A DNA stretch of 64,000 nt. It comes from Octopus vulgaris (taxonomy: Eukaryota). Below the pieces are notes generated by a model. The model ran no database searches, was not told where the DNA came from, and saw nothing but the letters and a program-made list of their open reading frames with translations. Both the position numbers and the translations under genes were made by a program. Location: positions 7,750,001 to 7,814,000 of the forward strand of contig OX597843.1 in assembly GCA_951406725.2 (NCBI GenBank), in the 5' to 3' direction. Position 1 is the stretch's first letter; every line of letters begins with the position of its first letter. Shown piece after piece: positions 14,285-27,214 of the stretch.

Positions 14285-14419
14285 GTAGATATGGATATAG
14301 TATTTATACTTATCTGTAGATAAATGAATTCATAGAGAGTAGGGTGAGAGAGAAGTAGAAAACCAGAGAGTGAGTAAGTGGCAGATAAAGAAAGAGAGGA
14401 AGAGAACGATATCTCTCCT

Positions 14420-14457
<38 letters not shown>

Positions 14458-15107
14458 AAGAGAGAGGGAGATAGTGAGAGGAGAAAGAGAGAGAGAGAAA
14501 TGGAGGCAGAGAAAGTGAGAGTGAAGGAAAGAGAGAAGGACAGAGAGAGGGAGAGCGCACAGAGAAGTCTGAGTGAAGCAGTAAGGGAGGGATGTAGAAA
14601 GAAAAAGAGAGGAAGAGAAAGAGAGAGAGTGAGAGAGAAAGAACAGAAAAAATGAGGGAGAGACAGGTAGAGAGAAAAACGGAGAGGCAGAGAAACAGTG
14701 AGAAAGAGAGAGGAAGTGGGCAACTGAGAGAGAAAGAGAGGGAAAGAGAAAGGTTGAAAGAATGAGGGAGGGAAAGAATTAGTTATGTTTCTCCATTCGA
14801 CTGCAGCAGACGATGTGCACCTCCCACTGTCAATGCAACTAACACCGCCCCCTTTCCACAGCAGCAGACGATGAGAGGAAAACAAGTCCGTCAGGTGTCC
14901 AACACACACACACACACACACTCACACATGCACACACACACACTCACACACACACTCACACACACACACTGGCTTTCGTACACACACACTCACACACACA
15001 CACTGGCTTTCGTACACACACACACTCACACACACACACTGGCTTTCGTACACACACACACTCACACATGCACACAGACGCGCGCAAACACACGTGTACT
15101 GAGACAT

Positions 15108-15153
<46 letters not shown>

Positions 15154-15653
15154 CTACTGATCCATGCATACACACACACACTCTGGCTCTCGTACACACA
15201 CACACACATACACGCACGAACGATCGCATATACAAAGTGACACACCTGCTCACATACACATACACACAAACACACACTCCCGCACCGACAAACATACATA
15301 TGCATACACACACACACACACAAAGACACAAACTCACACACACACACACTTCGCTCTTTCACTCCACCCCTTACTCTATTTCTCTACCACTCTCTTTTCT
15401 TTCACCCCTTCATAACTATGTTACTTTCTGCTCCCCCACCACATTTTCTTTCTTTCTTTCATTCCTTCTTTCTCTTCCTCGCTATCTCTTTCACTCCCTC
15501 TCTTTGTTTCGTACACAATCTCTCACTTTAGCTCCCCTTCTCTCATACTAACACTCACGACAATGTCCACAGCAGCCTTTCTTCTTTCACAGAAATTAGC
15601 TCCTCCTATACTCCCTCTTACATACATAACTATACATATATTTATATATATAT

Positions 15654-15688
<35 letters not shown>

Positions 15689-15742
15689 AATACACACATA
15701 CATATATATATATCTATGTATATATATGTATATATATATATT

Positions 15743-15778
<36 letters not shown>

Positions 15779-15779
15779 A

Positions 15780-15992
15780 TCTTTTAATCTTTTACTTGTT
15801 TCAGACATTTCACTGCGGCCATGCTGGAGCATCGCCTTTAATCGAGTAATTAGACACCGGGACTTATTCTTTTGTAAGCCCAGTACTTAATCTATCGGTC
15901 TCTTTTGCCGAACCGCTAAGTAACGGGGACATAAACACACCAGCATCGGTTGTCAAGTAATGGCAGGGGGACAAACACAGACACACAAACAC
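15780..15992 (-). mobile_element. SINE-A 3' half
   Basis: Tail and body present; head lost at the internal microsatellite. Confidence 0.8.
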
Positions 15993-15997
15993 ACACA

Positions 15998-16061
<64 letters not shown>

Positions 16062-16068
16062 CATACAT

Positions 16069-16459
<391 letters not shown>

Positions 16460-16460
16460 T

Positions 16461-16834
16461 ACTTAGCAGTATCGCCCGGCGTTGTTCGGGTTTGTTTCAA
16501 CCCTTTAGAATTGGAATTTTTGAAAAAGTAAACATTTTTCATTATGTAGCTTGTTAAGTGAACATTTTTCTGGTTGAAATAACACCGAAAAATGGCGACA
16601 CAGCAGTAAAAAATCGTAAAAAATAGGGATTTTCATAGAAAAAAAAGCACCTTTTTGATGTAAATAATTTTTGGTGTTAACATGGTCCGATTTGATTGTT
16701 TTCTTCTACGGAAGGAAGAGCCAGCCTTCTTCTATCATACTCTCAATTTTGGTCAACTTGCGCTGCAGGGTCTTGGAGAAGATAGTGTTAGTTGAAGGCT
16801 ACCAAACCTGCCACACACAGACAGACAACTTCAG

Positions 16835-16845
<11 letters not shown>
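16461..16845 (-). mobile_element. Non-autonomous Helitron (internal type 2)
   Basis: 3' hairpin cccg..cggg then ctaagt; same interior as 34525-34909 and 45938-46317. Confidence 0.75.
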
Positions 16846-16888
<43 letters not shown>

Positions 16889-17392
16889 TTTTATTCCTTT
16901 ACTTGTTTCAGTCATTTGACTGCGACCATATATATATATATATATGTCTATCTGTCTATCCATATATATATATTAAATATAATTAAGGGTTTAGCAACAA
17001 GTTGCTTCACCACATACCGAAAATTTAGAAATAGCAGCCAAAGACACCTAATTCCTTTTGACTACAGAAATGACTTCACAGATAACAATATTTGTAACTC
17101 ACATAGGCAAAAAATAAGAAAAAATGTTGAAGTCTTCGATTAATTATGGAAGCGTTTCTTGATTAGAATTATGCAAATTCCTTTCCGTAATCAACATAAT
17201 ATTAATAATTGTTCACCCTATATCTGTAATGACTATCCAGACACACACATACACACATATATATGAATAAATAAATGGAGTTTAACGCAGGTGTAAATGA
17301 AATATTTTTACTTTCGACACATGTTTCGAAAATTCCACTGATACTATTCAAGGTTTTTCCGTGTTAATTGTTAACAAGGTAAAAATACACAC

Positions 17393-17515
<123 letters not shown>

Positions 17516-17766
17516 GGATAATGTAAAATGGGGACAAATGCTCACGATGTTATTAAATCATTTATATCTTCTAGGAAACGATAAAAGATTTAATAATGTC
17601 CTGGGCGTTTGTTTCCATTTTCAATTTTTCCTATTTTCTCCAAAGTACGTCTCGCTTCTCCCCGGAATTAACTCCCGCACTGGTGTGAGCATTGATTCCT
17701 GGGTCACTTAAGCAAGATTTGGCTACCTTGTAATTATTCCCCTGGATCTTTCCTATAAATTCAACA

Positions 17767-17831
<65 letters not shown>

Positions 17832-17835
<4 letters not shown>

Positions 17836-18113
17836 GTTTCAAGGGCCCATAGCTTTTTAATATTCTCCCAAAGAGTCTGAGGAATTTGCACAAAGTAGAT
17901 GTAGCGGTTTTTAAATCAAAACTGGACATCTTCCTGTCAAGAGTCCCAGATGAACCTACCTCACGGCAAGAGGTGCAAATGAGAGTAGCTATATCAAACT
18001 CCATTCTTCACCAAGTGCCACATATTAGACGAGGTTCTTCGTAATAACAGTGTAGCACAAAACGGCGGTGCATCAGCATGGCCGCAGCTCTGAGCTGTAA
18101 CTAGAGAAAAAAA
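17832..18113 (+). pseudogene. 3' fragment of CR1/L2-group LINE ORF2 plus 3' UTR
   Basis: Translates GFKGP*LFNILPKSLRNLHKVDVAVFKSKLDIFLSRVPDEPTSRQEVQMR, homologous to 47890-48147 and 39558-39995; A-rich tail. Confidence 0.8.
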
Positions 18114-18224
18114 TATATATATAAATATATATATATATATATCAATAAATGAAATAAAACATATGCATATATATATAAACATATATGTACGTACCTACCT
18201 CTACATGTACATATACACGCATAT

Positions 18225-18403
18225 ATGAGTACAGGACACCAAAGGGACGTCGAACACAAAGAGAAACGAAAACATAGACACAAACCAAAGGAACTGGACA
18301 TTTTTTTTAAAAACAACAAAAAATGGAGTACAGGACAATTAACACAACGAAAAAACCCCTTCTTCAGTCGCTAAGGTTTCATCTACTCTACGTTTCGAAG
18401 GAT
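18225..18403 (-). mobile_element. Penelope-like remnant (only the cgaaacgt half of the hammerhead signature)
   Basis: Minus strand ccttcgaaacgtagag...gactgaagaagggg; related to 51733-51870. Confidence 0.4.
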
Positions 18404-18478
18404 ATATATATTTATGTATATGTATGTATATATGTGTGTGTATTTATATTTATAACTTAACCTCATGTGCTTTCTAAA

Positions 18479-18601
18479 GTCTCTGACGAAGCCTAGAAAA
18501 TACCCAAGTACCTCAATTTCATCTGCTAATTACTTCAGTCTACTGGAGGGCTAAAAGTAGAATGAGGTATTTTAATCTCTTAGCTGAAACAGCTGTAAGA
18601 T
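18479..18601 (+). ncRNA. Type I hammerhead ribozyme with canonical core and extended stem II
   Basis: gtct-CTGACGA-agc...aaaatacc/ggtatttt...gct-GAA-ACAGCTGT-A-agat; palindromic stem III; downstream 18640-18805 is homologous to 27241-27425 (minus). Confidence 0.65.
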
Positions 18602-18885
18602 ATTATCCCAATTTCTATTGCTTTATGTTATGTATTTTAATAATTACTGGTATCTTTATATATTATATATGTAAAGCATAATATGTTATACATGTATGTA
18701 TATTGTTGTAATTGTCACTTCAGTAAATAATTAAATAAATTGACATAATGTAATGTCTAAAAGTTGATGAACGCCACCTATTGATCCCCTCCATTTTCTT
18801 ATTGCTCTCTCTCTCTTTCTATCTGCCTATATATATATATATATATATATATATCTATACAATATGTTACATTACTCGGTAGTCA

Positions 18886-18948
18886 AGATAAAACTCTGAG
18901 TTTCAGATGCCGAAGTGGAAATCCACAAGACCATCTCTTCGGTTATCT
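18886..18948 (-). ncRNA. Type I hammerhead ribozyme, C4 core variant
   Basis: Minus strand agataa-CCGAAGA-gatg...gtgga/tt/tccac...catc-t-GAA-ACTC-a-GAGT-T-ttatct; 6-bp stem I; flanked by a 15-bp inverted repeat aatatgttacattac (18861-18875) / gtaatgtaacatatt (18964-18978). Confidence 0.75.
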
Positions 18949-19074
18949 GGCTATCTGAAAAACGTAATGTAACATATTATTTTATAGATAAATTTCCTCT
19001 ATTTACATAATATTGAGGTCTCTTTCTTTCTTTTGCTATCTTACCGTTTTTACCAATATATATATATATATATA

Positions 19075-19402
19075 GTGAGGGCGCGTGGCTTAGTGGTTAG
19101 GGCATTCGGCTCATGATCGTAAGGTTGTGAGTTCGATTCCCGGCGACGCGTTGTGTCCTTGAGCAAGACACTTTATTTCACGTTGCTCCAGTCCACTCAG
19201 CTGGCAAAAAATGAGTTGTACTTGTATTTCAAAGGGTCGGCCTTGTCACTCTCTGTGTCACGCTGATTATCCCCGAGAACTACGTTAAGGGTACCCGTGT
19301 CTGTGGAATGCTCAGCCATTTGCACGTTAATTTCACGAGCAAGCTGTTCCGTTGATTCGGATCAGCTGGGACCCTCGTCGTCGTAACCGGCGGAGTCAAC
19401 AA
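19075..19402 (+). mobile_element. Full-length SINE-C (tRNA head, CORE-like tgtgtccttgagcaagacac, distinct tail)
   Basis: A box tggcttagtgg, B box agttcgattcc; ends ...cgtcgtaaccggcggagtcaac(aat)n. Confidence 0.85.
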
Positions 19403-19604
19403 TAATAATATATATATATAATTGGAGATGAACACCATTCCTATAATATATATATAAGTAAATAAATGGAGTAGAACATATATATATATACACAGATAGA
19501 TATATTTATTTAGAAATATATTTTTACATATATATGTGTGTGTGTATGTATGTATGCATGCATGTATGTATGTATTATGTATGTATCTATCTATCTATCT
19601 TGGG

Positions 19605-19744
19605 TGCAGGCGTGGCTGTGTGGTAAGAAGCTTATTTCCCAACCACATCGTTCCAGGTTCAGTCCCACAACGTGGCACCTGACTTCTACTGTTGTCTAGG
19701 GTTGACCAAAGCCTTGTGAGTGGATTTGGTAGACGGAAACTGAA
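19605..19744 (+). mobile_element. SINE-A head fused directly to a tandem array
   Basis: A/B boxes present; ends at gacggaaactgaa and runs straight into the 126-bp array. Confidence 0.8.
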
Positions 19745-20380
19745 TGTAGTTCTAGGTACACTATGCCTGAATCAAGAACAGGATCGTCACAGCTGATGCA
19801 TCTTTGATCATTGGTCTGACTGGATCAGGACTGACCTGGGGCTAAACAACAATAAGGACGGACACATTAGATAACGTAGTCCTAGATACACATTGCCTGA
19901 ACCAAAAACAGGATGGTCACAGCTGGAATGTCTTTGATCATAGGTCTGACTGGATCAAGACTGACCTGGGTCTAAACAACAAGAAAGGACACATTAGATA
20001 ACGTAGTCCTAGATACACTATGCCTGAACCAAAAACAGGATGGTCACAGCTGGAATGTCTTTGATCATTGGTCTGCTGGATCAGGACTGACCTGGGGCTA
20101 AACAACAAGAAAGGACACATTAGATAACGTAGTCCTAGATACACTATGCCTGAACCAAAAACAGGATGGTCACAGCTGGAATGTCTTTGATCATTGGTCT
20201 GCTGGATCAGAACTGACCTGGGTCTAAACAACAAGAAAGGACACATTAGATAACGTAGTCCTAGATACACTATGCCTGAACCAAAAACAGGATGGTCACA
20301 GCTGGAATGTCTTTGATCATAGGTCTGACTGGATCAAGACTGACCTGGGGCTAAACATCAATAAGGAAAGACACATTAGA
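19745..20380 (+). repeat. Five near-identical ~126-bp tandem units ending ctggggctaaacaacaa
   Basis: Unit starts at 19745, 19875, 20002, 20128, 20254. Confidence 0.92.
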
Positions 20381-20639
20381 TCAAATGGTTCTTAGAAAGA
20401 AGAACGGGTAACCGTAGCAACAACTGTAATAGTAAGAATCCAGCCAGGACCACCACAACGACCCCCAAATAGCAACAAGAGAATAGCTACAACATTAGCA
20501 CCAACAACAACGACGATCAGACAACGTAAACAGCGCCACATCCTCCACCACCACCACAACAACAACACCACCACCACCACCACAACAACAACAACACCAC
20601 CACCACCACCACTACGACCATCATCACCACCACCACCAC

Positions 20640-20980
20640 CACCGCCAACACCACCGCCACAACAACAACAACATCAATCAGTACAAAAACCAAGACAACC
20701 ATCTATAAATACTACTACCGCCACCACACCACCATCACCACCACCGCCAACACCACCGCCACAACAACAACAACATCAATCAGTACAAAAACCAAGACAA
20801 CCATCTATAAATACTACTACCGCCACCACACCACCACCACCACCACCACCACCGCCAACACCACCGCCACAACAGCAACAACATCAATCAGTACAAAAAC
20901 CAAGACAACCATCTATAAATACTACTACCGCCACCACCACCACCACCACCACCACCACCACCACCACCACCACCACCACT
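20640..20980 (+). repeat. (CCA/CAA)n minisatellite with a fixed ~40-bp anchor, cluster 1
   Basis: Anchor catcaatcagtacaaaaaccaagacaaccatctataaatac x3; a variant anchor occurs x3 at 22780-23245. Confidence 0.85.
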
Positions 20981-21232
20981 TAGGGTTCCATATGGCCCTT
21001 AGGGTTCCATATAAGATTTTTTCGTTAAAATGTTATGGGCATAAATCGGTTGGACTTCTACAATACACAAAATATTTTGACCATTTTTGTTTTTATCCAG
21101 GTCCTAATAATATTTTTATTCTAAAAATATAAAAATACCTTTTGAACATCGAATGGCTCTGAGGGTCCGGTAGAGCAAAGCAGGAAGTGAAAGGGTCCAC
21201 AAGTAAAAAAATCCCTGAGAGACACTATTCTA
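20981..21232. mobile_element. Degenerate MITE-like element (possibly hAT-type), related to 46390-47800
   Basis: aacatcgaatggctctgagggtcc...gggtccac...gagacactattc is the reverse complement of the units around 46390-47090. Confidence 0.4.
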
Positions 21233-21317
21233 TATGCAACAATCATTTTTTAAAAAATACATAAATATTATAATTTACGTTCATACAAACTTTTTGGCTG
21301 TTTATAAATTAATTCTA

Positions 21318-21463
21318 TAGGCGAAGGAGTGGTTGTGTGGTAAGTAGCTTGCTAACCAACCACATGGTTCCGGGTTCAGTCCCACTGCGTGGCACCTTGG
21401 GCAAGTGTCTTCTACTATAGCCCCGGGCCGACCAATGCCTTGTGAGTGGATGTGGTAGCTGTC

Positions 21464-21507
<44 letters not shown>

Positions 21508-21740
21508 GCGTGTGTATATGTTTGTGTGTCTGTGTTTGTCCCCCTAGCATTGCTTGACAACCGATGGTGGTGTGTTTACGTCCCCGTCACTTAGCAGTTC
21601 GGCAAAAGAGACCGATAGAATAAGTACTGGGCTTACAAAAGAATAAGTCCCGGGGTCGATTTGCTCGACTAAAAGGCGGTGCTCCAACATGGCCGTAGTC
21701 AAATGACTGAAACAAGTAAAAGAGTAAAAGAGTAAAGAGA
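21318..21740 (+). mobile_element. SINE-A copy
   Basis: Head, CORE-like block, microsatellite, tail (gtaaaaga)n. Confidence 0.88.
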
Positions 21741-21749
21741 GTACACACG

Positions 21750-21790
<41 letters not shown>

Positions 21791-21800
21791 GCGCATATTT

Positions 21801-21947
21801 GGCGCAGGCGTGGCTGTGTGGTAAGAAGCTTGCTTCCCACCTACATGGTTCCTGGTTCAGTCTCACTGCATGACACCTTCGGCAAATGTATTCTATAATA
21901 GCCTCGAGTCGACCAAAAGTCTATCGGATGGATTCCGTAGACACACA

Positions 21948-22023
<76 letters not shown>

Positions 22024-22455
22024 ACGGGAAGCTTTATGGAAATAAACAAAAGACGAAGGCAGGTGGAATACAAACAAACAATTGTATTAGTATAGCGCTC
22101 AGGAATAGAAATAAAACAAGTCTTTTACGTTTCGAGCCTACGCTCTTCAACAGAAAAATACACAGAAAAGAAACATGGAGAGAAACAAGGAGAGAAAAAA
22201 TTGTGTGTAGGGGCTTATATGTCTCTGGGTCAATGTTTGTTCAACCACCATCGCTAGACAACCGATGCTGGTGTATTTACGCCTCCGTAACTTAGTGGTT
22301 CGGCAAAACAGACCGATAAAATAAGTACCAGGCTTACAAAGAATAAGTCCTGGGGTCGATTTCGGCGATTAAAAAGTAAAGCGTTTTAGGCGGTGCTCCA
22401 GTGTGGTCTCAGTCAAATGACTGAAACAAGTAAAAGAATAGAAGAATAGAAGAAT
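21801..22455 (+). mobile_element. Older SINE-A copy interrupted by a hammerhead-bearing insert
   Basis: Head 21801-21945, insert 22023-22200, tail 22215-22455. Confidence 0.75.
22121..22158 (-). ncRNA. Minimal hammerhead-like motif, U6 variant
   Basis: Minus strand ttttt-CTGTTGA-a-gagc/gtag/gctc-GAA-ACGT-A-aaaga; palindromic ACGT stem III. Confidence 0.55.
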
Positions 22456-22555
22456 ATATTCTGTCCGGCCTTCGTCGCCATGATAGATCAGTAGCCACTA
22501 TACATTCTTTATTTTCTCTCCTTGTTTCTTTTCTCTCCTTGTTTCTTTCTGTGTT

Positions 22556-22596
22556 CTGCTCTGCTGAAGAGCGTAGGCTCGAAATGTTAAAAACTT
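22556..22596 (+). ncRNA. Minimal hammerhead-like motif, C6 variant (same family, opposite strand)
   Basis: CTGCTGA-a-gagc/gtag/gctc-GAAATGTTA. Confidence 0.45.
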
Positions 22597-23601
22597 TTTC
22601 ACTTCATGAGCGTTGATCTAATACATCTGGTTGTTGTCTACCACCACCACACTTTAACACCGCAAGTCACTCCACCTACCGGTTCTTAGAACACCACTAC
22701 CACCACTACCACCACTACCACCACCACCACCACCAACAACAACACCACCACCACAACAACAACAACAACAATAACAACAACATCAAACAGTACAAAAACC
22801 ATGACAACCATCTACAAATACTACTACCGCCACCACACCACCACCACCACCACCACCACCACCACTATCACCACCATCAACACAACAACAACACCACCAC
22901 CACCAACACCACCATCACCACCACCACCACCACAACAACAACAACAATAACAACAACATCAAACAGTACAAAAACCATGACAACCATCTACAAATACACC
23001 ACCACCACCACCACCACCACCACCACCACCACCACTATCACCACCATCACCACCAACAACAACACCACCACCACCACCAACACCACCATCACCACCACCA
23101 CCACCACCACCACCATCACCACCACCACCACCACCACCACCACACCACCACCACCACCACCACCACCACCACCACCACCACAACAACAACATCAACAACA
23201 ACATCAAACAGTACAAAAACCATGACAACCATCTACAAATACTACTACCTCCACCACCAACACCACCACCACCACCATCACCACCACCACCACCACCATC
23301 GCTATTACCACAACAATTAACTTCCACACCGACCGCCGCATCCCGCATCTTCCCATTCGCCTCGAAAGTTCATTCACACCAATAATACTTCACGCACAAG
23401 GTGGCGCCGTCGTCGCCTTCAAAAACACACAGCTTAGCCTGGCTTTGCAGCCAAAAAAATTCTCGCCATGTTTAATAAACAGATCGCTTTTGAGACAGTA
23501 GCGACGTTTGAATGCCGTGTGACGATGTTGTTAGAGTATCGTTCGCACACACGCTCTATATACTAGCATATAGAGATTACAGCAGTGCTATGGTGTGCAT
23601 A

Positions 23602-23660
<59 letters not shown>

Positions 23661-23663
23661 TTT

Positions 23664-24801
23664 GGATCTTTTCGGTTTGACCGGCAGTTTTTAAAATAAT
23701 TTCCACATAACTAAACACTTTTAAACTTTGTATACTGCTAGAATGTGTTTATAAAACATCTTTTTCTCTTGGTTTTATTGAGAAAATTCTATAGTTTGTA
23801 AGATATTTGTTGTTCTTTTTTTCCTTCAATTTCTGCAATTTCAACCAATCAATGACGTCTATTGAGGTAAAAAACATTCTGTGCCGTATGAATATGTCCC
23901 TCGTTTGGATCTTTTCGGTTTGATCGGCAATTTTTAAAAATAATTTCCACGTAACTAAACACTTTTAAACTTCGTATACTGGTAGAATATGTTTATAAAA
24001 CATTTTTTTCTCTTGGCTTTATTGAGAAAATTCTATAGTTTGTAAGATATTTGTTGTTTTTTTTCTCCAATTTCTGCAATATCAACCAATCACTGACGTC
24101 TATTGGAGTAAAAAAATTCTGTGCCGTATGAATATGTCTCTCGTATGGATCTTTTCGGTTTGATCGGCAGTTTTTTGAAATAATTTCCACGTAACTAAAC
24201 ACTTTTAAACTTCGTATACTGGTAGAATGTGTTTATAAAACATCTTTTTCTCTTGGCTTTATTGAGAAAATTCTATAGTTTGTAAGATATTTGTTGTTTA
24301 TTTTCTTCAATTTCTGCAATATCAACCAATAAATGACGTCTATTGAAGTAAAAAACATTCTGTGCCGTATGAATATGTCCCTCGTTTGGATCTTTTCGGT
24401 TTGATCGGCAGTTTTTTAAAATAATATCCACGTAACTAAACACTTTTAAACTTCGTATACTGGTAGAATGTGTTTATAAAACGTCTTTTTCTCTTGGCTT
24501 TATTGAGAAAATTCTATAGTTTGTAAGATATTTGTTTTTTTTGTCTTCAATTTCTGCAATATCAACTAATCAATGACGTCTATTGAAGTAAAAAACATTC
24601 TGTGCCGTATGAATATGTCCCTGTTTAAGAAACAGATTGGGTTTATTTACATTTGTGAAGAAAAAAAATACCCTTCCCCCACCCATAACCCTAACCCTAA
24701 AACAGATTGAAATGCAATAGATCGATACTAGGGTCATAATTATGGGTGACAATTTCATATGAGACCGCTAGAAAAAACTGCCGTCCAAACCGGAAAGATC
24801 C
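23664..24801 (+). mobile_element. MITE with its 5' ~241 bp tandemly amplified (3 partial units + 1 complete 414-bp element)
   Basis: Units start ggatcttttcggtttga at 23664, 23907, 24147, 24388; right TIR aaaaactgccgtccaaaccggaaagatcc ends at 24801. Confidence 0.9.
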
Positions 24802-24901
24802 AGTTATTTTATTCTTTTACTTGTTTCAGTCATTTGACTGTGGGCATGCTGGAGCACTGCCTTTAGTTGAGCAAATATATATATACATATATGTATATGT
24901 A

Positions 24902-24968
<67 letters not shown>

Positions 24969-25118
24969 TATATATATATGTATATGTATATATATATGTA
25001 TATATATATATGTATATGTATATATATATGTATATATATATATGTATATATGTATATATATATGTATATGCATATATATATATATATGTATATGTATATA
25101 TATATGTATATATATATG

Positions 25119-25183
<65 letters not shown>

Positions 25184-25256
25184 TTACAGATACATACATA
25201 AATAGACAGGTATACCCATACACACACACACACACACACATAAGTATGTATAAATA

Positions 25257-25474
25257 TGAGGTGGTGCTGAAAATCTTTCTGGCTTTGGGTAAAAGAAAAT
25301 ACAGGAGGATCAGTTAATTGTGACTTTTTTCAACATATTCCCCTCTCAGATTCACACACTTATTGCAGTGGCCCTTCAGGTTTTCTAAGCCCTGTAAAAG
25401 AACTCGGAAGGCTGGGCTTCCTACCAAGCCTTCAGCGATACCCTTAAAGCCAGGAACTTTGCAGAACCCTCTCG
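25257..25474. mobile_element. Tc1/mariner-type MITE
   Basis: Imperfect ~30-bp TIRs tgaggtggtgctgaaaatctttctggcttt / aaagccaggaactttgcagaaccctctcg; TA on the left flank. Confidence 0.65.
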
Positions 25475-25490
25475 TGTATGGTCATGTTGG

Positions 25491-25678
25491 ATTTTATGTT
25501 TAGTTACAATAAAAACAGACCATGATATAAATGATATATATAATGGAGAAACCTCTAGGAGCATTGCGGAAAGACTAAATGAGCATTGGAGACAATATGA
25601 CGACAAAAAACAGTCCTCCATACTCTAACAACATGCCAAGGACCAATACGGATGCAACCTGGGTTAACTTGACATCCA
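25491..25678 (+). pseudogene. Degraded GIY-YIG endonuclease fragment of a Penelope-like retroelement
   Basis: Translates DIYNGETSRSIAERLNEHWRQYDDKKQSSIL*QHAKD; matches the Y(I)GETxRxxxxRxxEH...S.L..H pattern of PLE endonucleases; two in-frame stops. Confidence 0.75.
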
Positions 25679-25859
25679 TGGCCATTCTGGAGCATCGCTT
25701 TTAGTCGAGCAGATCTTATTCTTTGTAAGCCTAGTGCTAGTGCTTAATCTATCGGTCTCTTTACCCGAACCGCTGTTACGGGAACGCACACGCGCCAGCA
25801 TCGGTTGTCAAGTGATGTTGGGGAGAACAAACACAGGCATACAAATACACACACAGACA

Positions 25860-25909
<50 letters not shown>

Positions 25910-26071
25910 CGACGGTCTTCTTTCAGTATCCGTCTACCAAATCCATTCACAAGGCTTTGGTCATTCCGAAGCTAAAGCAGAAGACACTTGCCCAAGGTGC
26001 CACACATTGAGACTAAACCTGGAACCATGTGGTTGGCAAGCAAGCTACTTTACCACACAGTCACCCCTGCG

Positions 26072-26075
<4 letters not shown>
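25675..26075 (-). mobile_element. SINE-A copy (diverged)
   Basis: Reverse complement of head and body; a separate tail fragment lies at 26303-26415 (+). Confidence 0.8.
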
Positions 26076-26119
<44 letters not shown>

Positions 26120-26145
26120 TATATATATATATATGCATATATGTA

Positions 26146-26285
<140 letters not shown>

Positions 26286-26872
26286 TACATACATATATAT
26301 ATAAGTAGTAGGCTTACAAAGAATTAATCCTGGGGTCGATATGCTCGACTAAAAAAGGCGGTGCTCCAGCATGGCCACAGTCAAATGACTGAAACAAGTA
26401 AAAGAGTAAAAGAGTATATATACTTTTACTATTATTTGTTTCGCCACCACCACCACCGAATTCCCAAGACGCCTCACCACTGGACCACCACATTCATCCG
26501 GACATAAAAACTTCCACCAACACCACCACCACCACCACCACCACCACCACCACCACCGCCAACGTCAGCATCATCACCATCGTCACCATAAATTTCACCA
26601 ACATCAGCATTAACAGAAACACCTCCCCAGCCACCATTCCGCATCACCATCTCCCCTCCACGTCACCATCAGCCCACCACTCACCCCCCAATAGCACCAC
26701 CGCTTCCCCCACAGCCACCCACCTCCACCACCGACCTGTATCAGTATGTGTATATCATTCCTCAGATAATTGTGTCTGTGTGAGCGCTTGCCTCCGTGTG
26801 TTTGTTTGTGTGGGCTTCTGTACACGCACACACACGCACACACACATACACATCTATCTATCTATCTCTCTC

Positions 26873-26922
<50 letters not shown>

Positions 26923-26932
26923 TATCTATCTA

Positions 26933-26967
<35 letters not shown>

Positions 26968-27022
26968 TATATATACATATATATATGCATAGCTATCTAT
27001 CTATCTAATATATATAATTATA

Positions 27023-27069
<47 letters not shown>

Positions 27070-27144
27070 TAATATATTATATTATATGATTGAACGCCAC
27101 GCATCCTCTTCCAAGTAAGTTCCAAGTCTGTCTATATATATCTA

Positions 27145-27214
<70 letters not shown>

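Noticed and set aside
17305-17335. GAAACATGTGTC half-motif on the minus strand
   Set aside because: No upstream CUGANGA core visible; probably a truncated PLE end
19745-20380. CRISPR-like array
   Set aside because: Units are contiguous tandem repeats without unique spacers; eukaryotic context; no cas genes
24685-24700. Interstitial telomere
   Set aside because: Only about two CCCTAA units, and they are an integral part of the MITE (also present in the 46587 copy)
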